64,000 nucleotides of DNA, taken from contig CAMXJY010000003.1 of assembly GCA_947244325.1 (NCBI GenBank), positions 267 through 64,266 on the forward strand, written 5' to 3'. This document shows positions 19,136 through 29,397 of this stretch, in pieces; the stretch's first letter is position 1; each line of letters starts with the position of its first letter. Below the pieces are notes generated by a model. That model was not told where the DNA came from. It worked only from the letters and a program-made list of their open reading frames with translations, and made no database searches. The translations under genes and the position numbers were made by a program. The DNA is from an uncultured Clostridium sp. (lineage in GTDB: Bacteria > Bacillota > Clostridia > TANB77 > CAG-508).

Positions 19136-20395
19136 TTATATTTTTAAACTTCTTCTTCCATCTAATTTATTTTCAGAACTTTTTTTATAAACTAATTTAT
19201 CTCTATTTAATATTGCATATATAAATGATGTTATTGGTACTGTATAAACAACTCCCATACTACCTGCAATAGCTGAAACTATTTGTTCTGCTATTGTTTC
19301 TTTGTTTAATATTTCAATTATGTTCATATCACATGCCATAAATAATAATATTAAAGTTAATGATCCACCAACATATGCTAATATTAAAGTATTTGTCATT
19401 GTTCCAATTACATCTCTACCAATATTCATACCGCTTTTTAATAATTCAAGCCAAGTAATATCTGGATTTTTCATTTTAATTTCATCTAAACTTGATGCTA
19501 TTGACATACCAACATCCATGCAAGCACCTAATGCTGAAACTATAATTCCTGCAAATAATAAATCTCTAAAATCAAAATTTATTGTAGACATATTTATACT
19601 TAATTGAATTGCATCTTCGCAAGCACCAGACATTTTTGCAATATTATTAAATATTAAAGCCATAAGTCCTGCTGAAACAACTCCTCCTAAAGTACCTATT
19701 GCTGCTGTCATTATTTTTTTATTAAGTCCACCAATTACTATAAAAGTTCCAACTATAACTAGCATTGATGTTATTATTGAACTTAAAATCGCATTATCAC
19801 CCTTAAATATTCCTTTTATTAAAATAAAGTATATAAGTACAATTGTTAATAATAAACCTATTATTGCTTTTACTCCTCTTTTTCCGCCTATAACAACAAT
19901 ACTTAATAAAAATACTGCAAACATTCCCAATATATAGTCTGCTCTAGCAACATCTTGTACTGTTGCAATGACATGACCATCTGGACTTTCAGCTATTTGA
20001 ACTATTACTTTATCTCCAACATCCAATTCATATGCTAAAATTTTTCCATCAATATCATATGATAAAGTATAATCTGTAGTAAATTCTTCTCCTATATAAG
20101 GTCCTTCTATTATTTCAATAGTTACTTCTTGAACTTTATCAGTTACTGTTCCTGTTACTACTTCCCTTACTTCTTTTACATCAATAACTTTTGCTGTTGT
20201 ATCTGTTATTTTTTCTTGTCTTTCTATTAATTGTGTTTCTTGATTTGCTGCATCTTGTGGAGTTTCTGTTTGTTGCGTATCTGGCTCAGCTGGTACAGTT
20301 TGCTCTACTGGTTGCTCTGGTGTAGTTGCAAAAACATTACAAAAAACACTTGTGATTAAAAGAAAAATAATAAATATTATGCTAACTCTTTTCAA
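19136..20395 (-). CDS. YibE/F-family polytopic membrane protein with a signal peptide and an N-terminal extracellular region
   Basis: An N-terminal signal and Q/T/E-rich region are followed by about 8 TM helices with conserved small-residue motifs typical of YibE/F. The family call has moderate support. Confidence 0.5.
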   Translation of the reverse strand: MKRVSIIFIIFLLITSVFCNVFATTPEQPVEQTVPAEPDTQQTETPQDAANQETQLIERQEKITDTTAKVIDVKEVREVVTGTVTDKVQEVTIEIIEGPYIGEEFTTDYTLSYDIDGKILAYELDVGDKVIVQIAESPDGHVIATVQDVARADYILGMFAVFLLSIVVIGGKRGVKAIIGLLLTIVLIYFILIKGIFKGDNAILSSIITSMLVIVGTFIVIGGLNKKIMTAAIGTLGGVVSAGLMALIFNNIAKMSGACEDAIQLSINMSTINFDFRDLLFAGIIVSALGACMDVGMSIASSLDEIKMKNPDITWLELLKSGMNIGRDVIGTMTNTLILAYVGGSLTLILLFMACDMNIIEILNKETIAEQIVSAIAGSMGVVYTVPITSFIYAILNRDKLVYKKSSENKLDGRRSLKI

Positions 20396-20422
20396 TCTAA
20401 AATCCTCCTATTACTTCCTTTA

Positions 20423-21292
20423 TTAGAAAATTATAATATCCATCTCATTTGTATAATCACTATTTCCATATGCATATACTATATACACATAGCCATCTTG
20501 TGTTAAGAAATATGTTTTAGTATTTTCTACTTTATACATATCACTTGACAAATCTCTTTCATATAAAGTTCCATATTGGTCTGCTATTATTTTTGCATTA
20601 GTATATGCCTTTTTTACATCATTTGTAATTGTTGTTTGAACTGCCTCTTCTGTTGTTTCTTTTTCTCTTATTAAATCTGAAAGTGTTACCATTTCATTAT
20701 CTGCTATACTGTAATTATATGTTTTTACAGTAACCTTTTCAGCTTTTCCTTCTTCTTTTAAAGAAGATTTAACTGCTATTGACAAAACATTTCCATTAAC
20801 AAATGAAGCATATGTTACTGTATATATATTTTTGCCATCTTTTTTTCTCATTACACTATTTGCTTTATCATAAAATTCTGATTTTATATCAGCATTAATA
20901 GCTTTTGCTTTTTCATGATTTATATTTAATATTGGAATTTGAGCATTAACAGTATAATAATTCTCATCTTCATCAGCAAAATTATATCCTGTATACACCA
21001 AATCCTTAGATGGTTCCATTTTATCTGTTCTAACATTTTCACTATTAATAATTATTGAATTTGTAAATAAATTATTAAAATTAGATTTTAAAATATCAAT
21101 TTCTTCTGCTGTTTTCTTACTACCAATATTTATACCCAGCATAAGTACATCTGTATCAGAATATTTATAGAAAAATTGTGCATATATTCCTAAACATAAT
21201 GCAACTATGCAAACTAATATTAAAACTACAAAAAAAAGATATTTTTTAGGACCTGTTAGTGAACCTACTAATCTTCGTATAGCTCTTTTCAT
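20423..21292 (-). CDS. Membrane-anchored hypothetical protein (289 aa), possibly DUF3298/DUF4163 RsiV-like
   Basis: It has one N-terminal TM and an extracytoplasmic beta-rich domain. The family call is weak. Confidence 0.35.
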   Translation of the reverse strand: MKRAIRRLVGSLTGPKKYLFFVVLILVCIVALCLGIYAQFFYKYSDTDVLMLGINIGSKKTAEEIDILKSNFNNLFTNSIIINSENVRTDKMEPSKDLVYTGYNFADEDENYYTVNAQIPILNINHEKAKAINADIKSEFYDKANSVMRKKDGKNIYTVTYASFVNGNVLSIAVKSSLKEEGKAEKVTVKTYNYSIADNEMVTLSDLIREKETTEEAVQTTITNDVKKAYTNAKIIADQYGTLYERDLSSDMYKVENTKTYFLTQDGYVYIVYAYGNSDYTNEMDIIIF

Positions 21293-21556
21293 TTGACTCT
21301 CCTTTTACCATAAATTGAATTTATTATAACACTGATATATAAATTTATCAATATTTTTTAATTTGACCTTAAAAATCAGCATATTACTAACTTTTCATTT
21401 AAAAAATATATTGAAATTTTTATAATATCAAACATAACAATTGCTAAAAACCCACATCTAACTTACTATAAAAAAAGACCTCATTTTAAAATAGCAGTCA
21501 TGATAATAGTTTGCTAATTTTTTTCTTCTATATTTGATTTTTTCTAGTAAAATCCA

Positions 21557-21592
21557 TTGACTATATTTCAAAAATATTGTATTATAATGTCT
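21557..21592 (+). promoter_or_regulatory. Sigma-A-type promoter for clpE (TTGACT, 17 nt, TATTATAAT)
   Basis: A near-consensus -35/-10 pair lies about 45 nt upstream of the clpE RBS. Confidence 0.5.
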
Positions 21593-21632
21593 ATACAAAA
21601 GTAAATTTAAAAACTAAGGAGATTAATATTAG

Positions 21633-23954
21633 ATGATATGTTCAGTATGTAATAAAAACACTGCTGTAGTGTTTTTAAATAAAATTGAAAATGGCAAAAA
21701 AACAGTTGAAGGCCTTTGCTATAATTGTGCCAAAGAAAAAGGAATTAATCCACTTGAAGTTTTAGCAAAAAATGCCAATATATCAAATGAAGAATTAGAA
21801 GATATGTCAAATCAATTTGAAGATATATTAAAAGATTTTTCTGAAAATATGAATTTAGAAGCATTAGGAATTGATGCTGAGAACATGGAAATAGATGATG
21901 ATTCAAATCCAGTAAAAAACATATTTGGTATTTTTAGAGCTACAAATAGTGCGGAAAACAATGAAAAAGCCTCTTCTGCTAACGAATCAAACGAGTCATC
22001 TAGCAATAAAACTGTAAAAGTTCAAAAGAAACAAAAAAATAATAAGAAAAAATTTCTTGATACTTTTGGAACAAACCTTACAGAAAAAGCTAAAAACGGA
22101 TTATTAGATGCTGTAATTGGTAGAGAACAAGAAATTGAAAGAATGACTCAAATATTAAATAGACGTTCTAAAAACAATCCTTGTTTAATTGGTGAGCCAG
22201 GTGTTGGTAAAACAGCTATAGCACAAGGATTAGCTATAAAAATTGCTAACAAAGATGTACCAGCAAAATTATTAAATAAAGAAGTTTATTTATTAGATAT
22301 GACAGCAATAATTGCTGGAACACAATTTAGAGGTCAATTTGAAGCAAGAATGAAGTCTTTAGTAGACGAATGTAAAACATATGGAAATATAATTTTAGTA
22401 ATTGATGAAATCCATAATATCATAGGTGCAGGTGATGCAGAACATTCAATGAATGCTGCAAACATTTTAAAACCTTCCCTATCTAATGGTGAAATTCAAT
22501 TAATTGGTACAACAACATTAAAAGAATATAGAAAATATATTGAAAAAGATTCAGCATTAGAAAGAAGATTCCAACCAGTTCTAGTTGAAGAACCTTCTAT
22601 ATCTGATACAATCGAAATTATAAAAGGTATTAAAAAATATTATGAAGAATATCATAAAGTTACTATAACAAATGATATTATTGAAAAAACAGTTAAAATG
22701 TCTGAAAAATACATACATGATAGATTCTTACCAGATAAAGCTATAGATTTAATAGATGAAGCTTGTTCAAAACTAAACTTAAAAAATAAAGCTTTATTTG
22801 AACTTGAATTAATAAAAAATGAATTAAAAAAAGTAGCTGAAGAAAAAGAAGAAGCAGTTTCTTCTGATTCAATAGAAGAATATCAAAAAGCAGCTGATTT
22901 GAAAACTAAAGAATGCAATCTTACAGATAGAATGAATAATATAGAAAAAGATTTAAAACCTTGTGTTCTTACAGTTCAAGATGTTGCAGAAGTTATTGAA
23001 CGTTGGACAAAAATTCCTGTAACAAAAATTACAGAAGCAGAAACACAAAAATTATTAAATCTTGAATCAAACCTACACAAACATGTAATATCACAAGATG
23101 CTGCTGTAACTGCAGTTTCAAAAGCAATTAGAAGAAATAGAGCTGGACTTCAAAGTACAAAAAGACCACCATCATTTATATTTGTTGGTCCTACAGGAGT
23201 TGGTAAAACAGAACTTGCGAAATCTTTAGCATATGAAATGTTTGGAAGTGAAGACAGTATTATTAGAATAGATATGTCTGAATATATGGAAAGTCATTCA
23301 ACTTCAAAATTAATTGGTTCACCTCCAGGATATGTTGGATATGATGATGCTGGTCAATTAACAGAAAAAGTTAAAAGAAGACCATATTCAATTATATTAT
23401 TAGACGAAATTGAAAAAGCACATCAAGATGTATTTAATATATTATTACAAGTATTAGATGACGGAAAACTTACAGATGCTCAAGGTAATACAGTAAGTTT
23501 TGAAAATACAATTATAATAATGACATCCAATGCTGGTTCAAACTTAAATAATAATTCTATCGGATTTGGAAATCAAGCTACAATCAATAGTGATAAAATG
23601 CTTGGAGCATTAAAAGAATTGTTTAGACCAGAATTTTTAAACAGAGTTGATGAAACAATCGTATTTAATCCTCTAACAGAAGATGAATTATTACAAATAG
23701 TTGATTTACTTCTTGAGAAAACTTGTGAAGCTTTAGGAAATAAAGAAATAAAATTAGAATTAGATATAGATGCTAAAAAATTTATTGCTTCTAAAGGTAC
23801 AGATTTAAAATATGGAGCAAGACCTTTAAGAAGATCAATTCAAAAATTAGTTGAAGACGAAATTGCTGAAATGATTTTAAGAGAAGATGTAAAATCAGGT
23901 CAAACAATTCATGGATATATGGATGGTGAAAATTTAAAATTCAAAGTAGACTAA
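21633..23954 (+). CDS. clpE: ATP-dependent Clp protease ATP-binding subunit ClpE (N-terminal zinc finger plus two AAA+ modules)
   Basis: The N-terminal zinc finger is CSVCNK...CYNCAK. Two Walker A motifs are present ([30 protein letters not shown]). A ClpB/C-type middle linker and the sensor-2 GARPLRR are present. Length is 773 aa. Confidence 0.85.
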   Translation: MICSVCNKNTAVVFLNKIENGKKTVEGLCYNCAKEKGINPLEVLAKNANISNEELEDMSNQFEDILKDFSENMNLEALGIDAENMEIDDDSNPVKNIFGIFRATNSAENNEKASSANESNESSSNKTVKVQKKQKNNKKKFLDTFGTNLTEKAKNGLLDAVIGREQEIERMTQILNRRSKNNPCLIGEPGVGKTAIAQGLAIKIANKDVPAKLLNKEVYLLDMTAIIAGTQFRGQFEARMKSLVDECKTYGNIILVIDEIHNIIGAGDAEHSMNAANILKPSLSNGEIQLIGTTTLKEYRKYIEKDSALERRFQPVLVEEPSISDTIEIIKGIKKYYEEYHKVTITNDIIEKTVKMSEKYIHDRFLPDKAIDLIDEACSKLNLKNKALFELELIKNELKKVAEEKEEAVSSDSIEEYQKAADLKTKECNLTDRMNNIEKDLKPCVLTVQDVAEVIERWTKIPVTKITEAETQKLLNLESNLHKHVISQDAAVTAVSKAIRRNRAGLQSTKRPPSFIFVGPTGVGKTELAKSLAYEMFGSEDSIIRIDMSEYMESHSTSKLIGSPPGYVGYDDAGQLTEKVKRRPYSIILLDEIEKAHQDVFNILLQVLDDGKLTDAQGNTVSFENTIIIMTSNAGSNLNNNSIGFGNQATINSDKMLGALKELFRPEFLNRVDETIVFNPLTEDELLQIVDLLLEKTCEALGNKEIKLELDIDAKKFIASKGTDLKYGARPLRRSIQKLVEDEIAEMILREDVKSGQTIHGYMDGENLKFKVD

Positions 23955-23961
23955 AATTCAA

Positions 23962-23992
23962 AGGAGAGCTAAAAGCTCTCCTATTTTTTATT
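23962..23992 (+). terminator. Rho-independent terminator of clpE
   Basis: AGGAGAGCT-AAA-AGCTCTCCT is followed by TATTTTTTATTTT. Confidence 0.8.
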
Positions 23993-24027
23993 TTATAGGA
24001 AAGTGCTCCGCATTTCCTATAAAATAA
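23986..24027. repeat. Long AT-rich hairpin with a GC-rich loop (TTTATTTTATAGGAAA-gtgctccgca-TTTCCTATAAAATAAA)
   Basis: A 16-bp perfect inverted repeat starts immediately after the clpE terminator. Confidence 0.5.
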
Positions 24028-24088
24028 AGGCTTACGCCAATTTTTGCACACAAAATTATTTCATAATTTTGGCGCATCGAACAATTAC

Positions 24089-24137
24089 GTGGACGATTCA
24101 GTAAAGTTTTGTCTTTTTCATATTAAATATCGTCCAC
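24089..24137. repeat. Imperfect palindromic intergenic element, copy B (GTGGACGAT...ATTAAATATCGTCCAC)
   Basis: A 9-bp perfect inverted repeat has a 31-nt loop. It shares its core and 3' flank with the copy at 18666-18708. Confidence 0.5.
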
Positions 24138-24217
24138 TATTGTTCTTATTTACTTAAAAATTATTATATGATATACTTTTAAAAAATTTTAATATACTAA
24201 AAAAATAATCGGAGGAA

Positions 24218-25396
24218 TTGATGAACAATTATAAAATTTTATTTGGTTTAAGAATATTAAAAGCAATTCTAACAAGTTTTGTAGATAGCTTTTTTGTTTT
24301 ATATTTTATGGAAGTATCAAATAATAATATACTTCCTTTAGGAATATATAAATTAATTGCTATCTCAGCTATTTATGCAGTTATATTTTTATGTAGAAAT
24401 ATAAATAAATCTAAAAACAGAGTTATGCTTTTAAGAATTGGTATAATATTAGATTTTATATATTTCCTAGTAATTATTTTATTAAAAGAACAAATTGTTA
24501 AATATATGTATTTAATAGGTATTTTATATGGATTAGAAGAAGGCTTTTATTTTTCTGTATATCATATTCTTGAATCTGATGGTATAAATAATGAAGAAAG
24601 AGCAAAATTCTCTGGTTCATATACAGCTGTACAATCAATTTTATCTATAATATTTCCATTAATTTTCGGAAGTATCATCTATTCTATAGGGTTTATTAAA
24701 TGCTTACTTATCGTTCTATTAATTGTAATTTTAAGAATAATATTATCTGTATTATTTAAAGATACTAATATACCAAAAAACAATAAAACTAATATGAAAG
24801 AATTCAAAAAAATAGCTAAAAATAATAAAAAAATAACTCAAATGGCAAAAGTAGAATTCTTTAGTGGATTAACATATTCTGAAGGTGCTTTTTCATACAT
24901 AGTAACTATTTATATAATAAAAATATTTTCTAGTAGTTTTAGTTTAGGAATTTTCACATCAATTTTTAATATAATAACTTGTTTACTTGGAATTTTATTT
25001 GCAAAATGCATAAAACCTAATCACTATAAAAATGTTATAAAAATATCAATGATATTTACAGTTTGTTCTTTATCTCTTATGATATATAACTGTACTATGA
25101 TAACAGTAGTTTTATTTAATCTATTCCAAACATTTTCTAAAAATCTAATGACTTTAATTAATGGTAATAGTCAAGCAAATATTTCTAATATTGATATTTT
25201 AAAAAATGAATTCAAAGTTGAATATTGGTTGTTTAATGAAACAGCATTATTTATAGGAAGATGCATTAGTAATACTTTATTTATTTTAATGGCATTTACA
25301 AATTCAAATATTATTACATATAGTTTTGTAATATTTTTAATTTTATTTGCTAAAAATTCTATAAAATTACAAACTATTATAAAAGAAAATAACTAG
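24218..25396 (+). CDS. Polytopic membrane protein (392 aa, about 10-12 TM), transporter-like, very AT-rich
   Basis: A long hydrophobic ORF has the RBS GGAGG before its ATG. Its composition (about 20% GC by eye) is lower than the flanks, which suggests it was acquired. Confidence 0.5.
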   Translation: MMNNYKILFGLRILKAILTSFVDSFFVLYFMEVSNNNILPLGIYKLIAISAIYAVIFLCRNINKSKNRVMLLRIGIILDFIYFLVIILLKEQIVKYMYLIGILYGLEEGFYFSVYHILESDGINNEERAKFSGSYTAVQSILSIIFPLIFGSIIYSIGFIKCLLIVLLIVILRIILSVLFKDTNIPKNNKTNMKEFKKIAKNNKKITQMAKVEFFSGLTYSEGAFSYIVTIYIIKIFSSSFSLGIFTSIFNIITCLLGILFAKCIKPNHYKNVIKISMIFTVCSLSLMIYNCTMITVVLFNLFQTFSKNLMTLINGNSQANISNIDILKNEFKVEYWLFNETALFIGRCISNTLFILMAFTNSNIITYSFVIFLILFAKNSIKLQTIIKENN

Positions 25397-25493
25397 TCTT
25401 AAAAACTAAAAAATCATTGAATTTACATATGTATTTTCAATGATTTTTATTTATATAATTACAATAATAGAACTTTTTACAACCTATTATTTT

Positions 25494-26054
25494 TTATTCA
25501 AAATCTTCAATAGCCGAATTAAGATTTCCCATACCATACACATATATTCCGCTTTCCAAATTACTTACATCAGTACTTGTAAGGTAATCTCCGCTTATAT
25601 CAGTAGATTTATAAAGTTCTAATTCTCCTGATGCCCCAACATGATATATATCAATGCTATCATCAACTAATTTTAATACATAATGCTCATCACATACATT
25701 ATTAATTTTTTGAGATAAAACAACATTATTACTGCTAAATTCTTCTACATCCCAATCTGGATATGCCTCTTCTACCTCTTCTCTACTTAAATTAACCAAT
25801 TCTATTGGTAATTCACTATATTGAAATTTAAAATGCCCACATTCATTATAATATTTTTTTAGTGCAAAACTAGCATTATAACTAACTTTTTCTTCTTCCC
25901 AACCAGTTTCTTCTACATCAGTTTCGTTTTTTTGTTCTTCATATGCTATTCCTGAGCCACCATTTTTCCATAAAACAGAAAAATAATATCCTACTAAAAT
26001 TGAGAAAATAAAAATTAATATTCCATAAAAAATAACTCTTTTCATATTTATCAC
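25494..26054 (-). CDS. Membrane-anchored hypothetical protein (186 aa)
   Basis: It has an N-terminal TM followed by an acidic extracytoplasmic domain. I recognise no family. Confidence 0.4.
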   Translation of the reverse strand: MINMKRVIFYGILIFIFSILVGYYFSVLWKNGGSGIAYEEQKNETDVEETGWEEEKVSYNASFALKKYYNECGHFKFQYSELPIELVNLSREEVEEAYPDWDVEEFSSNNVVLSQKINNVCDEHYVLKLVDDSIDIYHVGASGELELYKSTDISGDYLTSTDVSNLESGIYVYGMGNLNSAIEDFE

Positions 26055-26098
26055 CTATGCTTATTATGCATAATTTGGTAATAAATATTCAAAATTTA

Positions 26099-26440
26099 CT
26101 AATTAGTTTTTAAATACATTGCTACTGCTTCTTTTATTAGTTCATTTATAGAAATATGTTTTTCTATTGATTTTATTTTTGCTTTATTATGAAGTTCGAC
26201 ACCTAATCTTACATTTAATGAACCTTTACATTGTTCTTCTGGACCTTGATTATGTTCTTTACAATATTGTAAATGATAGTCTATTGCATCTTTAAAATCT
26301 TTTTTTAATTCTTTTACTGTACTACCTTCAAATGATATTGATGTATGTTTTAATCCTTCAACAACTCCATAAAAACATTCATCTTCATCGCTATATCTTA
26401 TTTGAGCCCAATATCCTTTATATTTCATAATATTATCCAT
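26099..26440 (-). CDS. hicB: HicB-family antitoxin
   Basis: The N-terminal YKGYWAQIRYSDEDECFYGVVEGLKHTSISFEGSTVKELKKDFKDAIDYHL matches the HicB fold consensus (YkGY..Y..ED..F.G.V.G...sF.G.t..E....F.dA.d.yL). A C-terminal RHH-like tail is present. It directly abuts hicA. Confidence 0.75.
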   Translation of the reverse strand: MDNIMKYKGYWAQIRYSDEDECFYGVVEGLKHTSISFEGSTVKELKKDFKDAIDYHLQYCKEHNQGPEEQCKGSLNVRLGVELHNKAKIKSIEKHISINELIKEAVAMYLKTN

Positions 26441-26698
26441 CTAAATAATCCTCCATTCTTCTAATAATCCAATTATTATATTGATTTGATACATTTTAAG
26501 TACATTACTTGGATGTGGTTTATGTAATTCAATTTTTTTATTTATATCTTTATTTTCAAATACAATTCTTGATCCAGATGTTTTTCCTTTATTATTTTCA
26601 AAAAAACCAAAGTTATTTAAAATTTGCTTTAGTTCTTGATATGTAAAATCTTTTGGTCTTAATTTTAATCTTTCTATTTCTTTTTCTATCTTACTCAT
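26441..26698 (-). CDS. hicA: HicA-family toxin (mRNA interferase)
   Basis: GSRIVFENKD...HKPHPSNVLKMYQINIIIGLL matches the HicA GSHxxF...PxHxxxxLkxGTLxxIlkQ pattern. At 85 aa it sits immediately upstream of hicB with no gap. Confidence 0.7.
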   Translation of the reverse strand: MSKIEKEIERLKLRPKDFTYQELKQILNNFGFFENNKGKTSGSRIVFENKDINKKIELHKPHPSNVLKMYQINIIIGLLEEWRII

Positions 26699-26733
26699 AT
26701 TATACTCCTTTAATTATAATTTTGCAACTATTT

Positions 26734-29332
26734 TTAGTTGCATCTTATTTTTGTTGTTATTCGCATTTTACTTTTTTTATCAACTTTTATTATAATTTCT
26801 CCACATAAATCTGTTCTATATATTTTAGTGCCTATACTTTTTAGTCGATTTAAAACCTCTTCTGATGGATGTCCAAAATTATTATTCTTTCCTACTCCAA
26901 TAACTGCTATTTTAGGATTTACATCATCTATAAAATTCTCTGTTGATGAAGTTTTGGAACCATGATGTCCAACTTTCAATACTGTAGATTCTAAATTATT
27001 ATTACTTTTTAAAATTTCATTTTCTGCTAGTTTTTCTATATCTCCTGTAAATAACATGGAAAAATTATTATATTTTAATTTAAAAGCTAATGAATTATTA
27101 TTTAATTTATTTTCATTAATCATATTTCTATCGTTTGGAAATACTACTTCCAATTCTAATCCTTTTTCGATTTTCAATTTCATTTTCACTGATAAAACTA
27201 TTATTTCTATTTTCTTTTCATTTGCAATTTGTATTAAGTCTTTTATTTGTTCACTTTCTTCAGGTTGAATTCCTAATAATATTTTTTTAACTGTAATATT
27301 TTCAAGTACTGCAAATAAACCACCAATATGGTCACTATCCCCGATGTGACACTATTAAATAATCTATCTTTTTAATTCTCCTATCTAATAAATATGGAAA
27401 TACAATATTTTTTCCTACATCATATTTATTTGAATTTCCTTCTCCACCATCTATAATTATATTTTTTCCTTTTGGAGTAGTAATTACAGTACAATCTCCT
27501 TGTCCTACATCTACAAAATATATTTTTAATCTAGTATCAAAATTTATAAAATTAATTACTAATAATAAAATTAAACTTATAACTATAAGTTTTTTAAATA
27601 AATTCCCTAATTTATTACTTTCTTTTTTATATTTTTCTTCTAAATTAATTAATTTCTTTTCATTATTAAACTTGTATCTTAAATTTTTTAATTTTTTTAT
27701 ATTAATATATTTTTTTAATTTCATTTTCTTTATAAAATATAATCTTTTTCTTGTATCCACTATTATTCTATATATCTGATTTTTCAAAAATTTATATGAT
27801 AAAAAAAGCCTAAGTGTATACATTTTTCTCATTTTTACTAAATATATAATATAAAACACACACAAATAATATATTAGTATTTCTATAAAATTTGGTGTTA
27901 TTACATATATTTTTGATAATGGAAAATTAGAACATAGTTCAGCTATTTTGAAAACAATATATATTAATTTACTTTGTATTATAGAAAGAAATTTTGATAA
28001 TGGTAAAAATATGTAGAACATAAAAACTGTTATATATCCTAAAATTAAAATTGGACCTATAAAAATTGAAATTAAAATATTAGGAATAAAAAAGGTTAAT
28101 GAAAAGGTATTAAAACTATATACCATTATTGGAAATATTAATATTTGTGCTGAAATACTAACTGAAAAACTACTTATTAAAAGATTATATATTTTTTCTT
28201 TTACATAAATCAAAAAATATTTAAAGTACAATTTTAGAAATTCTTTTATATTTTTATTTGATATTTCTATAATTTTATTATTAATAATTTGTTTTTTATA
28301 TAAAATATTCTTTTCTTCTATTAAATTTAATTTTATTTCTAAAATTCTATTAAAAAATCTACTAAATAAAACTATTCCTAAAGTACCAGAAAAAGAAAGC
28401 CACATACCAATATTGAAAATATTAAAAGGATTAATTGCAATTATAATAAAAAATGACACGCCTAAAGATATATAAAAATTATTCTTTCTTTTAATATTAA
28501 AACCTGTTAAACACATCGAACTCATTATACATGTACGTATGCATGATGCAGAAAATCCTGTTAATATTAGAAAAAATAGCAATATAAATATTAATATATA
28601 ATTCCTAATATTTTTATTTTGTATAATTTTCTCTAATAAAAAATTCATTCCAAAAATTACATATGTAACATGTAATCCAGAAATAGCAAGTATATGAGAA
28701 ATACTACTATCTCTAAAAGTTTCTTTTACATCTTTACCTAAAGTACTTGTATCTCCTAATAAAATTCCTTTTAAAAAATTAGCATCTTCATTATTATATA
28801 AATATTCTATTTTACTTTTTAAATTATTTTGAATATTTCCTAAAACAGTATAAAAATCAATTTTATGTTCCATTTTTACTATATTTTCTGCATTTACAAT
28901 TCCATATATTTTTTGCTGTTTTAAATAATTTCTATAACTAAATCCTTTATAATTTCTTGATACCTCTCCTTTTTGAAAAATTCCTTCTATAGAAACTATA
29001 TCTCCTGAAAAAAATTCTACACCTTTTGAAACATATAAAATTACTTTAGTATTTTTCATATTTTTAAAATCTACTTTAGTGCTTTTATCTTGAATTTTTT
29101 CTCGTATTTTTTTAAAGAAATCTAATTTATTAAATACTTTCATTTCATCAGTTTTATTTTCATTGTCATCTTCTTTAAAAAACTCTGCTTTACTAATCTT
29201 TACTATATATTTATCATAGTATTCTTTTTCCTCTTTACTACTTATAATTTCACATATAGCAGAAATACTAGCTTCTTCTGGATACATATATTCAAAAGAA
29301 AAAATAAAGGCTATGTTATAACATAGCCCCAT
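26734..29332 (-). pseudogene. comEC: DNA internalization competence protein ComEC/Rec2, interrupted by a 1-nt frameshift inside the metallo-beta-lactamase HxDxDH motif
   Basis: ORF 27335-29332 carries the competence domain (SHILAISGLHV) and the start of the MBL domain (YFVDVGQGDCTVI...IDGG), then ends in ...LIVSHRG followed by TAG TGA. The next frame continues DSDHIGGLFAVLEN... into ORF 26734-27189 (VGHHGSKTSS...FGHP). The junction at about 27335-27346 is tcacatcggggatagtgac, containing a G4 run. Confidence 0.8.
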
Positions 29333-29397
29333 TATTATAATTATTAATATTAAAATTTTATTTTTTATAGCTAATCTCCTTTCGAGACTTAGCCCCT

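Noticed and set aside
21360-21375. CtsR operator upstream of clpE
   Set aside because: Only a single TTTGACC heptad was found. The tandem GGTCAAA-NAN-GGTCAAA direct repeat required for a CtsR box is not present.
24028-24078. Clean hairpin CGCCAATTTT...AATTTTGGCG
   Set aside because: Only the outer 6 bp (CGCCAA/TTGGCG) pair cleanly and the inner part mismatches. It is noted only as part of the structured region after clpE.
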